NCBI GenBank assembly: GCA_902472555.1
Contig: CABROF010000003.1
Coordinates: 1-57,262 of the forward strand
Reading direction: 5' to 3'
Length of the DNA stretch: 57,262 nucleotides
Origin: an uncultured Oscillospiraceae bacterium
GTDB lineage: Bacteria; Bacillota; Clostridia; UBA1212; UBA1255
Each line of letters opens with the position of its first letter. Position 1 is the first letter of the stretch. The translations under genes were made by a program, and so were the position numbers. Under the pieces are notes generated by a model that worked only from the letters and a program-made list of their open reading frames with translations, did not search any database and was not told the DNA's origin. Positions 1-8,724 of the stretch are shown here, piece by piece.

Positions 1-1788
1 GGCAGCCTTTCTAATCTCCCCGAGAAGCCGTTCTGACGTCTGTTTTGCCTTTTGAAGCACAGCCTTGGCTTCTTCCTTAGATTTCATTAAAAGCGCACTG
101 CGCTGCTGCTGCAGCTGATCCCGCTCCAATTTGATTTCCCGGCGGAGCTGCTCGGACTCTGCCCGCAGCCGCCGCGCCTCCTCCCGATCCGCCTCAATCT
201 CACTTCTGCTTTTTTCGATGCCCAGAAGCATATCCTCAAACCGGAGATCTTCTTGAGACAAAAACTCCTTTGCACGGCTAATAATCTGGCTATCCAGGCC
301 TAAGCGCTGCGAGATGGCAAAGGCATTGCTTTTGCCAGGAATCCCGATCAGCAGCTTATATGTGGGCTTCAGCGTTCCGATATCAAATTCGCAGCAGCCG
401 TTTTCAAAGCCCGCTGTTGTGGCGGCAAACACCTTCAGTTCACTGTAATGCGTTGTTGCAACCGTAACCGCTCCCATCTGATGAACACACTCCAGGATTG
501 ACATGGCAAGGGCAGCCCCCTCTGTCGGATCAGTTCCCGCTCCCAGCTCATCAAACAAAACAAGGGAGCGATGGTCGCATTCCCGTAAAATATCCACAAT
601 ATTGCGCATATGCGCTGAAAAGGTACTGAGACTCTGGGCAATACTCTGTTCATCTCCGATATCGGCATAAATCCCGTGAAACACGGAAAGCACACTTTTT
701 TCCGCTGCCGGAATCAGCAGCCCGGACTGCATCATCAGCGTAAATAATCCGACAGTTTTCAGTGCAACCGTTTTGCCTCCGGTATTCGGACCGGTTATCA
801 CGAGCGTATGAAATGTATCTCCGATAAAAAAGGTGATGGGCACCGCCTGTTCTTTGGGAATTGCCGGATGACGGCCCTGCAGAATGGAAATTCTGCCCTC
901 CTCATTAATCTCCGGCCGGATCCCCTTCATATCTAAGGACAGGCGCGCTTTGGCAAAGGTAAAATCCAAAAATATCACCAGCTCCAGATCCGACAGAAGC
1001 ATGTCTGCCGCTTCTCCCACACAGAGGGAAAATTCAGCCAAAATCCGTTGGATTTCCTGTACCTCCTGTACTCTTAATTCCTTTATTTTATTATTAGATT
1101 CCACTACAAAGGACGGTTCGATAAATAACGTTTGGCCCGAAGCCGAAGTATCATGCACCAGACCCGATATGTCGCCCCGATACGCCACCTTTACCGGGAT
1201 ACAATAGCGTTCTCCGCGCATCGTTACTACCGGCTCCTGGATTGCTTTTGCATATTTTGCTGAATGAATCAGTTCATTCAGCCGATCTTTGATTGCCGAC
1301 TGTTTGTCCGCAATCTGCCGTCTGATCTCCCGCAGTGCGGGACTGGCATCATCGGACATTTCACTATCCGATAAAATACAGTGATAAATCCGTTCCTCAA
1401 GCATACGATCTTCCTGCAGCGCCGCAATATAGCGCGCCATCCGGTTATCCGTATCATCCCCTGCACCCGATGCATAATTCAGCGTCTGTCTGCATGCCTT
1501 CAGCAGGCCGGCCACTGCCAGCAATTCCGCAAAGCTCAGCGTGCCGCCTGCTGCCGCGCGGCGGACAGCAGGCCGGATATCCTTCACGCCGCCGATGGGC
1601 GGCTGACCCCTTCTGGTAATGAAAAACACTGCGTCTTCTGTCTCATGCAGTGTTTCCCGAATTTTCTCTATATCCGTCATGGGCCGCAGTTCTTCCGCCC
1701 GGATCCGCGCCCCCTCACAGCTTGTCAGTTCTGCAAGCCGGTGTAAAATCAATTCATATTCCAACACACGATAGGTTCGTTCATTCAT
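1..1788 (-). CDS. mutS2: Endonuclease MutS2 (partial; C-terminal part lies beyond the left edge)
   Basis: Frame read by hand from ATG at 1788 (GGAG 6 nt upstream): MNERTYRVLEYELILHRL... Walker A TGPNTGGKTVALKTVG and LFDELGAGTDPTEGAAL are present, followed by a coiled-coil region. It is absent from the ORF track because there is no stop codon in the window. Confidence 0.9.
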   Translation of the reverse strand, partial: MNERTYRVLEYELILHRLAELTSCEGARIRAEELRPMTDIEKIRETLHETEDAVFFITRRGQPPIGGVKDIRPAVRRAAAGGTLSFAELLAVAGLLKACRQTLNYASGAGDDTDNRMARYIAALQEDRMLEERIYHCILSDSEMSDDASPALREIRRQIADKQSAIKDRLNELIHSAKYAKAIQEPVVTMRGERYCIPVKVAYRGDISGLVHDTSASGQTLFIEPSFVVESNNKIKELRVQEVQEIQRILAEFSLCVGEAADMLLSDLELVIFLDFTFAKARLSLDMKGIRPEINEEGRISILQGRHPAIPKEQAVPITFFIGDTFHTLVITGPNTGGKTVALKTVGLFTLMMQSGLLIPAAEKSVLSVFHGIYADIGDEQSIAQSLSTFSAHMRNIVDILRECDHRSLVLFDELGAGTDPTEGAALAMSILECVHQMGAVTVATTHYSELKVFAATTAGFENGCCEFDIGTLKPTYKLLIGIPGKSNAFAISQRLGLDSQIISRAKEFLSQEDLRFEDMLLGIEKSRSEIEADREEARRLRAESEQLRREIKLERDQLQQQRSALLMKSKEEAKAVLQKAKQTSERLLGEIRKAA

Positions 1789-1821
1789 AGCGTACTCCAT
1801 TCATATCCTGCGCGCCGGAAA

Positions 1822-2469
1822 TCAGCAGCAGCGAATCAAATCACCGCCCATACATTCACAGCAGCAGTCGGCACAAATCAAAGTCGAGCAGAAATCACAG
1901 CAATTGTCGCCTCTCTGATATCCGCGTCCCTGAGATTGGGTTCTGTAATTCTGCGCCGTCTGATACATTCCATTAAAGGCATTCCGGTATTCCATATTCC
2001 CCGGGTCCAGATTCACTGCATTGGCATAATAGCGTCTGGCCTGATCATACCAACCTCTGCGCTCCGTTGCAGCACCCATTAAATAATACCACTCCGCAGT
2101 TCTTTCTCCGTCAGGCATCTGCTCTAATCTCTGCATAGCAGCTTCCACCTGTCCGTCTCGGATCAAGCTGCGAATTTGAGAAAAATCGGGATTTCCGCCT
2201 CCATAAGAAGCAGCAGACCCTCCGTTTCCGGAGCGGTTCTCCCGCTGACGCATAATCGTATCATACGCGACATTGATTTCTTTGATTTTTTCTTCCGCCA
2301 GCTCAGAGAGCGGATTATTCCCGTATTGATCCGGATGATACTTTTTTACCATCTCTCGATAGGCCTTTTTCACCTCTTCATCCGACGCATTCTCATTGAT
2401 TCCCAATACTTCATAAGGATTACTGCTCACCGGGTTCACCGCTTTCTGTATCATTCGATGAATTATCAT
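1822..2469 (-). CDS. J-domain (DnaJ-like) protein with TPR-like middle and poly-Cys C-terminal tail
   Basis: ORF track, 215 aa. J-domain [32 protein letters not shown] includes HPD. TPR-like segment [30 protein letters not shown]. The tail [26 protein letters not shown] has 10 Cys in the last 26 aa. The start is ambiguous because there is no clear SD at 2469. Confidence 0.85.
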   Translation of the reverse strand: MIIHRMIQKAVNPVSSNPYEVLGINENASDEEVKKAYREMVKKYHPDQYGNNPLSELAEEKIKEINVAYDTIMRQRENRSGNGGSAASYGGGNPDFSQIRSLIRDGQVEAAMQRLEQMPDGERTAEWYYLMGAATERRGWYDQARRYYANAVNLDPGNMEYRNAFNGMYQTAQNYRTQSQGRGYQRGDNCCDFCSTLICADCCCECMGGDLIRCC

Positions 2470-2497
2470 ACATGAAAATCAGAATTTTATCAAATTT

Positions 2498-3466
2498 TTA
2501 TTCCCTGCGTTCTGCCGCGGCCTCATTATCAGGCACTGCCTGATGCCTCTGCTCCTGCGTCTGCGCCGCATCATCCGCCTGAAGGGAAGGTTCCTTCGTA
2601 TCTCCTGTCCGAAACAATCTTTCGGTCGTGTGCCGCATGCCGATATACAGCATGTTTTCGATCACCGCGGCAGCATCCTTGTTCTGTTCACAAACCGGAA
2701 AACAACGGCGCAGCTCCGACCAGGCTTCACAGCAGCGCGCAAGACACATCTCCAGCAAAAACAGGATATCCTCCTCCGCAGCTTCCTGCAGCAGAAAGAC
2801 ATTATAACTGCCCGTTTTCGCATCTGCCTCCCGATCTGTCAACGCATCCACCAGATAAATCCATTTCCCCATATGATATCCCATCACCCGCGCCGCCTCC
2901 AGCACCTCGGGCGCTGCCGCGGGCATAACTTCCCGGAGTCCTAAAAAAAACAGCTTTCGCATCATATCTGCAAACGGCTCCGCAGCCTGATCCACAAGGC
3001 CGCAGCGCGCCTGCTCCAGCGCGGAAAGCGCTGCAATCGATTGTCTGACGCATTCAGCCACGGCAGGCAGTCTTTCGCACACATGCCTATGCGCACGATG
3101 CAGCGCCGCACTGCCGATCTTTGCGGAAATTTTATGATCATCCGCATAGCTGTCCTTCAGTTTATAAACCACCAGAATGACATTGACGCCGGCGCAAAAA
3201 TCCGTACACCGGTTGCAAACAACCGACCTGCATTTTTTATGGGGATGCGCAATACAGCCGCGATTTTCAATCTTCAGCGAACGATTTCCGCCGGATATCG
3301 CATCCAGCAGCAGCGCCAAAACCGCAGTCTCGTTTACAAGGCCGAAACGCGGCAGCTGACCGTATATCCGGCCGATGCTTCTGCACACACCGCAATAATA
3401 CAGCTTATAAAAATCGTGCTCCCGAAACTTCAGTTCCGGCTTATATGTGACGGCATATCCAAATAT
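2498..3466 (-). CDS. DUF5685-like Cys-rich protein; probable non-canonical ATA start
   Basis: The ORF track gives 2498..3388. The frame stays open upstream and encodes (I)FGYAVTYKPELKFREHDFYKLYYCGVCRSIG, which resembles the MFGYV...YCGLC N-terminus I recall for DUF5685. An in-frame TAA lies 4 codons upstream of the ATA. AAGGAGG lies 7 nt upstream of the ATA at 3464-3466. Confidence 0.6.
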   Translation of the reverse strand: MFGYAVTYKPELKFREHDFYKLYYCGVCRSIGRIYGQLPRFGLVNETAVLALLLDAISGGNRSLKIENRGCIAHPHKKCRSVVCNRCTDFCAGVNVILVVYKLKDSYADDHKISAKIGSAALHRAHRHVCERLPAVAECVRQSIAALSALEQARCGLVDQAAEPFADMMRKLFFLGLREVMPAAAPEVLEAARVMGYHMGKWIYLVDALTDREADAKTGSYNVFLLQEAAEEDILFLLEMCLARCCEAWSELRRCFPVCEQNKDAAAVIENMLYIGMRHTTERLFRTGDTKEPSLQADDAAQTQEQRHQAVPDNEAAAERRE

Positions 3467-3478
3467 AAGGCTTCCTCC

Positions 3479-4447
3479 TTACAGCGACAGCATCTTGCTG
3501 GTCTCAATCATCGACTCGTCAATATACTTTTTCATCTGCAGCGCTTCCTCAATATCAATCGCCACATATTGCTCGCCCCTCAGCGCAATAATCCGATTCG
3601 CCTCACCCTGCGCCAGTACCTCTGTTGCTTTGACGGCCATCAAACTGGCCACCACGCGGTCTTTTACCGTCGGGCTTCCGCCTCGCTGCTGGTGACCTAA
3701 AATCGTAGTAGTCGTGGAGATACCGGTAATTTTTCGGATTTCTTCTGCAATCTCCATGGTTCCGCCTACGCCCTCGGCAATAATCACAATATAATGATGC
3801 TTTCCGCGGTTCCGGCAGCCGATAATAGGCTGGATAATATCTGTATCGATATGAAACTCTTTTTCAGGTAAAATGCAGGCCTCGGCGCCGTCTGCAATGG
3901 CACAGTTCAATGCAATATAGCCGGCCCCGCGCCCCATAACCTCCACGACGCTGCAGCGTTCATGTGAAAATGCGGTATCTTTGATTTTGTCAATAGCATC
4001 TTTGACAGTATTCAGCGCCGTATCAAATCCGATCGTATAATCCGTACAGTCAATATCATTGTCAATGGTTGCCGGTATCCCGATGACTTTTACGCCTGCT
4101 TTTGACAAATCTCTGGCGCCGCGGAAAGAGCCGTCTCCGCCGATAACAATAATCGCATCGAGCTTAAATACCTCGGCCATTCGTGCAGCACGATCTACGC
4201 CTTCAGCCGTATTGAACTCTTTGCTTCTTGCCGTCTGCAGAATCGTGCCGCCGCGGCTGATGATTTCAGAAACAGAACGGAGACTCATCTCAAACATTTC
4301 TCCGGACAGAAGCCCTTCGTATCCTTTTCGGATGCCGTATACGGAAAATCCTCTGTAAATGCCGGAACGCACGACTGCTCTGATTGCAGCGTTCATACCG
4401 GGTGCATCCCCGCCGGATGTCAGCACGCCGATTCGTTTTATTGCCAT
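3479..4447 (-). CDS. pfkA: ATP-dependent 6-phosphofructokinase
   Basis: MAIKRIGVLTSGGDAPGMNAAIRAVV, GGDGS and IPATIDND motifs. I chose the start at the second Met (4447) to match the usual PfkA N-terminus. Confidence 0.95.
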   Translation of the reverse strand: MAIKRIGVLTSGGDAPGMNAAIRAVVRSGIYRGFSVYGIRKGYEGLLSGEMFEMSLRSVSEIISRGGTILQTARSKEFNTAEGVDRAARMAEVFKLDAIIVIGGDGSFRGARDLSKAGVKVIGIPATIDNDIDCTDYTIGFDTALNTVKDAIDKIKDTAFSHERCSVVEVMGRGAGYIALNCAIADGAEACILPEKEFHIDTDIIQPIIGCRNRGKHHYIVIIAEGVGGTMEIAEEIRKITGISTTTTILGHQQRGGSPTVKDRVVASLMAVKATEVLAQGEANRIIALRGEQYVAIDIEEALQMKKYIDESMIETSKMLSL

Positions 4448-4477
4448 ATTATACAACTCCATTCCTCGTAAGATACA

Positions 4478-4515
4478 GAAAAATCAATCGGTATGAATTA
4501 CCTATACCGATTGAT
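4478..4515 (-). terminator. Rho-independent terminator of the GH99-like gene 4605..5663
   Basis: Perfect 12 bp arms ATCAATCGGTAT / ATACCGATTGAT (4504-4515 and 4483-4494) with a 9 nt loop. On the minus strand TTTTTCTGT follows. Confidence 0.75.
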
Positions 4516-4516
4516 A

Positions 4517-4545
4517 ATCATACACTATTGTAATAATTTAGACAA
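4517..4545 (-). promoter_or_regulatory. Putative sigma-A promoter of pfkA
   Basis: Minus strand reads TTGTCT (4545-4540), 17 nt, TATGAT (4522-4517). The -10 ends 1 nt before the terminator arm. Confidence 0.5.
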
Positions 4546-4604
4546 CTGCTTTTTCCGGCTCCGGCAGAAAGAAATAAATCAATATGAATTTGAAAAGCAC
4601 CATT

Positions 4605-5663
4605 TCAAAAAAAGCTTTCCGTTGCTGCAATCGGGTAATCATCCGGCAACAGAATAACAGCTTTGTGCGCAAGGGGTTCGTTTATGTACTGGTACACGCC
4701 GTTCTCGTAAACAAAAATACGGTCGCTGCTTTCCCGTCTGTACTGAAAGCCCTCAAGCAATCCTTTTTTTAAAGCTGTATAAGCAACAGTAATATCCTCA
4801 TACCATTCTGGTGTTTCATTTCCGTAGTAATCCAACAAAGGCGCTGTAATATAGCCTTCATTGTTTTGCCTGGGCGTAAACGCCTCAATAGCCGTTTCCT
4901 CGGAGAAGTCATTATAAGAGGTGATCATAATAACAGGTCTATTTTGCTTAATAGCCTCGAGCCATTGGCGAATATAACGTTCCCCGTGGTCGCCCCGACC
5001 GAAATCCCATTTGTGGGTATCCGGCGTTGCAATCCAAAGATGATTGGCATCATGGCAAGGCGTTATGCCGTATACTTCTGAGTTGGGAACCTGTGCATCG
5101 AATGTAAATCCCCATAACCCTTTTCCTTGTATGGACGGATCGTCTGCCCATTGGGATACGACGCCCGTAGAATTACGTACATTAAACAGACGGCTGCTCC
5201 AGTAAAAATAATCAGAATCTGTAAAGGTTATCAAAAGAGGTTTGCCCTCCCACTTGAAATACATATCGCGGGTGCCGTAATTTTCATAAAGATAAAGCAC
5301 TAGTTTTTCGTGTTCTCGTATATACCCATATCGAAGTTCGCCACCTAAAGCAAAGGCGTATGATGGAGCATTGCCCGGCCCTCTTCGATCGATTTCAGAA
5401 ACAATAATATCTGTATTTCTCTTAATCACACCGCTGTCCGCTTCCCAACCGTTTGTGATTTCAAAAATAATAAAATCAATACCGGCCTTCTGCATCCAGT
5501 CAAGGTGGCTTTTGATGACTTCAAGATCTCCGGAACTATATTCACCGAAACGAGTGGAAACTGCTCCGGCTTCTCTTTGCCAATGCAGAGCAGTCTCCGG
5601 ATTATCATGTCCCCACCAGGAAAAATACCATATGCCGATTTGAGAATTATAATATAATGACAT
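4605..5663 (-). CDS. GH99-like glycoside hydrolase family protein, cytoplasmic (no signal peptide)
   Basis: FGEYSSGDLEVIKSHLDWMQKAGIDFIIFE and ITSYNDFSEETAIE resemble the GH99 blocks lGpYSSrD..H...aGI and ITSFNEWHEGTQIE (from memory). It is a paralog of 7550..8698. The start is at Met 9, with GGAGG 7 nt upstream. Confidence 0.7.
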   Translation of the reverse strand: MSLYYNSQIGIWYFSWWGHDNPETALHWQREAGAVSTRFGEYSSGDLEVIKSHLDWMQKAGIDFIIFEITNGWEADSGVIKRNTDIIVSEIDRRGPGNAPSYAFALGGELRYGYIREHEKLVLYLYENYGTRDMYFKWEGKPLLITFTDSDYFYWSSRLFNVRNSTGVVSQWADDPSIQGKGLWGFTFDAQVPNSEVYGITPCHDANHLWIATPDTHKWDFGRGDHGERYIRQWLEAIKQNRPVIMITSYNDFSEETAIEAFTPRQNNEGYITAPLLDYYGNETPEWYEDITVAYTALKKGLLEGFQYRRESSDRIFVYENGVYQYINEPLAHKAVILLPDDYPIAATESFF

Positions 5664-5788
5664 CCAAAGACCTCCAGAAACCTCCAAAAACCTCTATACT
5701 TCACTATTTTTAAAATAATATAACAACCAGCAAAGAAAAGCAACGGGGAAAATTGATTTTGCCCATGTGAATTGTTATAATTAGCTGT

Positions 5789-6742
5789 ATGAATCTGATA
5801 AATGCAGAAATACCAAACGGATGGTTAATGGAAATGGATCGTTTTGCCTCATATCTTTATACGCACACACCGGGTGCCTTGAAAGAGGAACTCCCTTTCA
5901 CCTTGGAAAGCATTGGGTATAAGTGTGTGGAATCCGACACAAATACATATCCATTGGCTGAGAAGATATATTACATCTTGTTTTGTATAGAAGGACAATG
6001 TATCGCAGAAACAACCCATCATCGTTATATAATTGAAAAGAACAGCGCCATTTGTTTTTGTCCGGAGAAAGAGGATACCTTGGAAATCAGTTCGCTCCCG
6101 GGGTGTACCTATCGCTATATTTATTTTCATTCAAGTGCAGCGCGATATTTCAGTAAAATGCTGAATCTTCCTTGCTTAATACAGTTAGATCAACCTGATA
6201 CATCTACCTTGTCCGGCCATTTCGATGAGCTGTATGAAAATGTGGTTTTTGAACTTGGTAATAAGGATATTGCAATCAATATGATTATAACAGGGATTAT
6301 GACCTTTTTTGTGAAGAAATATCAAGAGAAGATTCTTCGGAATTTTCAGCACCCTACTACGGAGAATTATCATTACAGACGTCCTACTCTCCCCGGGAAA
6401 GCGAGTATTTCTCACAAGAATAAAGGCGAAATAAATAAAGTGCTATTATATATTCACAATCAATACAACAAGCAGCTTACTCTTGACGAGTTGAGCCATT
6501 TGATTCATTTTAATAAATGTTATTTTATTAAAATATTTCGAAGTTTGGTTGGAATGAGTCCTTATGAATATATTACGAATTTAAGAATCAATGAAGCTAA
6601 GCAATTGCTGATAAACACAACGTTAAGCATCAATAAGATTGCGGAGCAGATTGGTTTTTTGGATACGAATAACTTCATTCGCCGTTTTCGTTCCCGCACC
6701 GACCTATCTCCTTTACAATATCGGAATAAATATAAAATTTAA
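5789..6742 (+). CDS. AraC family transcriptional regulator
   Basis: C-terminal double HTH: LTLDELSHLIHFNKCYFIKIFRSLVGMSPYEYITNLRINEAKQLL...IAEQIGFLDTNNFIRRFRSRTDLSPLQYR. It is divergent from 4605..5663. The gene is visibly AT-rich. Confidence 0.9.
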   Translation: MNLINAEIPNGWLMEMDRFASYLYTHTPGALKEELPFTLESIGYKCVESDTNTYPLAEKIYYILFCIEGQCIAETTHHRYIIEKNSAICFCPEKEDTLEISSLPGCTYRYIYFHSSAARYFSKMLNLPCLIQLDQPDTSTLSGHFDELYENVVFELGNKDIAINMIITGIMTFFVKKYQEKILRNFQHPTTENYHYRRPTLPGKASISHKNKGEINKVLLYIHNQYNKQLTLDELSHLIHFNKCYFIKIFRSLVGMSPYEYITNLRINEAKQLLINTTLSINKIAEQIGFLDTNNFIRRFRSRTDLSPLQYRNKYKI

Positions 6743-6869
6743 ATTCTTCCTGCAAAAAACAAACTTTGTACTATTCATCTGCGTAATAAATAAATAAAAG
6801 CCTATAAAATCCTTTTTTGTGTCGTTATAATGAAATCAGATAACAATATATTACAAGGAGTGATTGTTA

Positions 6870-7556
6870 ATGGCAAAAATTTTCTTTAAGAAGAAAGGTT
6901 TCATATTCTTTTTGACAGTTGTAGCTGTGTGCGTTTCGTTGTTTAGTACGCTTTGTATTGCATCAGAATCCGCAAACTACGTTGAGAACGGTACATTCAC
7001 ACCGGGTTCCGGCGGCCAATGGGGTGCGATTCCTGGATGGACTACAAGTATTACTCCCGGTACAATGGATCTTTATTTAGGAGATTACAATTACGGAAGT
7101 GCCGACAATCTGCCGGACGGTATTTACTTGGCACTGCGCAAAGAAGCTACTCCGGCAGGAGATCCCGTTTCCGTTTCTCAGACGATTTCCAATCTTCCTG
7201 CAGGTATTTACAAGCTTTCTGCCTGGATGTGGGCCGCAAACAATGTGGAGACTTTCACTATCACCATTTCTGATGGGACGAATGAAAAGACAATTTCCGC
7301 GGCCCTTTCTGAGAAAGGATATAAAGATACTGAAATCGAAATCACTTCCGGCTCTGCAACCATTACAATTACAGCCGACAATGATGTAAAGACCGCCGCA
7401 ATGGATGCCCTTGCCGATGACATTAAGCTGGTCAAAATCGGAGAGATGAATGTGAGAACAGGCGACTCAAATGCATTCGCCATTTCTGCGGCAATAATCT
7501 GTGTGTGTACATCTTTAGTGCTTATTTCAAAGAAAACCAAGGAGTGGGCTTGTTGA
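6870..7556 (+). CDS. Secreted CBM/jelly-roll-like surface protein with C-terminal cell-wall sorting signal (NVRTG)
   Basis: N-terminal signal peptide KKKGFIFFLTVVAVCVSLFSTLCIASES. The domain starts NYVENGTFTPGSGGQWGAIPGW. The C-terminus has NVRTG, a hydrophobic stretch and then KKTKE. ATG at 6870 has AAGGAG 9 nt upstream. Confidence 0.75.
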   Translation: MAKIFFKKKGFIFFLTVVAVCVSLFSTLCIASESANYVENGTFTPGSGGQWGAIPGWTTSITPGTMDLYLGDYNYGSADNLPDGIYLALRKEATPAGDPVSVSQTISNLPAGIYKLSAWMWAANNVETFTITISDGTNEKTISAALSEKGYKDTEIEITSGSATITITADNDVKTAAMDALADDIKLVKIGEMNVRTGDSNAFAISAAIICVCTSLVLISKKTKEWAC

Positions 7557-8698
7557 GAAAGATTCTTACAATTACGATTCTTTTAATATTGCTGACGACA
7601 GTCTCTTGCAATAAAAAACAGGAGGATACACCGCCTATGCGAACCGACACAAATTATTATGATTCCCAAGTGGGATTATGGTATACTGTGTGGTGGGATT
7701 CAGAAGAGGCTGATCCCACCTATTACCAACATCATTGGGTCAAAGAAACACGGGTTAAGCCGGTTAAATTTGGATACTATGCAACCGATGACGATGCGAA
7801 ATTAGACTATGATTTCCGTATGTTTACTCAATGGGGGATTGATTATTTAATACTTGATGACACAAATAATCATTCGGCAGATGCAGGAAATATCGCAAAC
7901 CATATTAATACTATTTTCAAAAAAGCAAAAGCTTTGGGGGATGATGCGCCGAAGTTGTGTTTTGCTGGAGGGCTACCCCTGCTGCAAGGTGATGAAGAAG
8001 GCATGAAGCGTGAAATGGATATTTTTTATAACTATGCTTCACGCTATCCGGATCAAACCTATTTTTGGAAAGGGAAACCGCTCTTTGTTAACTTTACTGT
8101 TCCTGCAAATTATTCTTGGCAGGATACAGAGGATCGTTTCACCATGCGCCCAGCAGGAGGGCATACCTCCGAGGGCTGGGAAACAAGAGAAGAACATAAT
8201 CTGATGGAAATCGGCATGTACGGTTGGGTTTTCGACAAACAATATGACGGCTCCGAGGTTTACGGTATAACCCCCGGCTTCTCCAGAAGTCACAATAACC
8301 TTGCCACCTCTGCTGCTCCCCTTTCCAGGGAAAACGGAGAACGTTACTGTAACGCCTGGCTGCAAGCGATTAAAACCAATCCAGAAATGATTGTGATCGC
8401 CAGCTGGAACGACCACGCAGAAGAAACAGGAATTGAAGCCGTAGCGATTATGAACGGACCTATTGAAGGCAGAGAAGACGAAGCACTCAATCCATTCTAT
8501 TATGAGCAAATCACCCAAGGCTATCTCGCACTCCGAACAGGTTATTTGGAGAATTTCTACTACCGTGCAGAGAGCAGCAAGCAAATTTATCGCTACAACG
8601 ATGGAACATTGAAGAAGGTTTCTTCTGTTCCTGCCATGACTGCTGTGATTGTGACTCCTGATGATTATTTCACTTGGGCCGGCGTTCCTCGCGTATGA
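7550..8698 (+). CDS. GH99-like glycoside hydrolase family lipoprotein
   Basis: Lipobox LLTTVSC. Blocks FGYYATDDDAKLDYDFRMFTQWGIDYLILDD and IASWNDHAEETGIE. The TTG start at 7550 lies 5 nt after GGAG and overlaps the stop of the upstream gene (TTGTTGA). The ORF track start at 7505 is probably too far upstream. Confidence 0.7.
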   Translation: MLRKILTITILLILLTTVSCNKKQEDTPPMRTDTNYYDSQVGLWYTVWWDSEEADPTYYQHHWVKETRVKPVKFGYYATDDDAKLDYDFRMFTQWGIDYLILDDTNNHSADAGNIANHINTIFKKAKALGDDAPKLCFAGGLPLLQGDEEGMKREMDIFYNYASRYPDQTYFWKGKPLFVNFTVPANYSWQDTEDRFTMRPAGGHTSEGWETREEHNLMEIGMYGWVFDKQYDGSEVYGITPGFSRSHNNLATSAAPLSRENGERYCNAWLQAIKTNPEMIVIASWNDHAEETGIEAVAIMNGPIEGREDEALNPFYYEQITQGYLALRTGYLENFYYRAESSKQIYRYNDGTLKKVSSVPAMTAVIVTPDDYFTWAGVPRV

Positions 8699-8724
8699 TT
8701 TTCAAAACATGAAAAGGTGATTTT

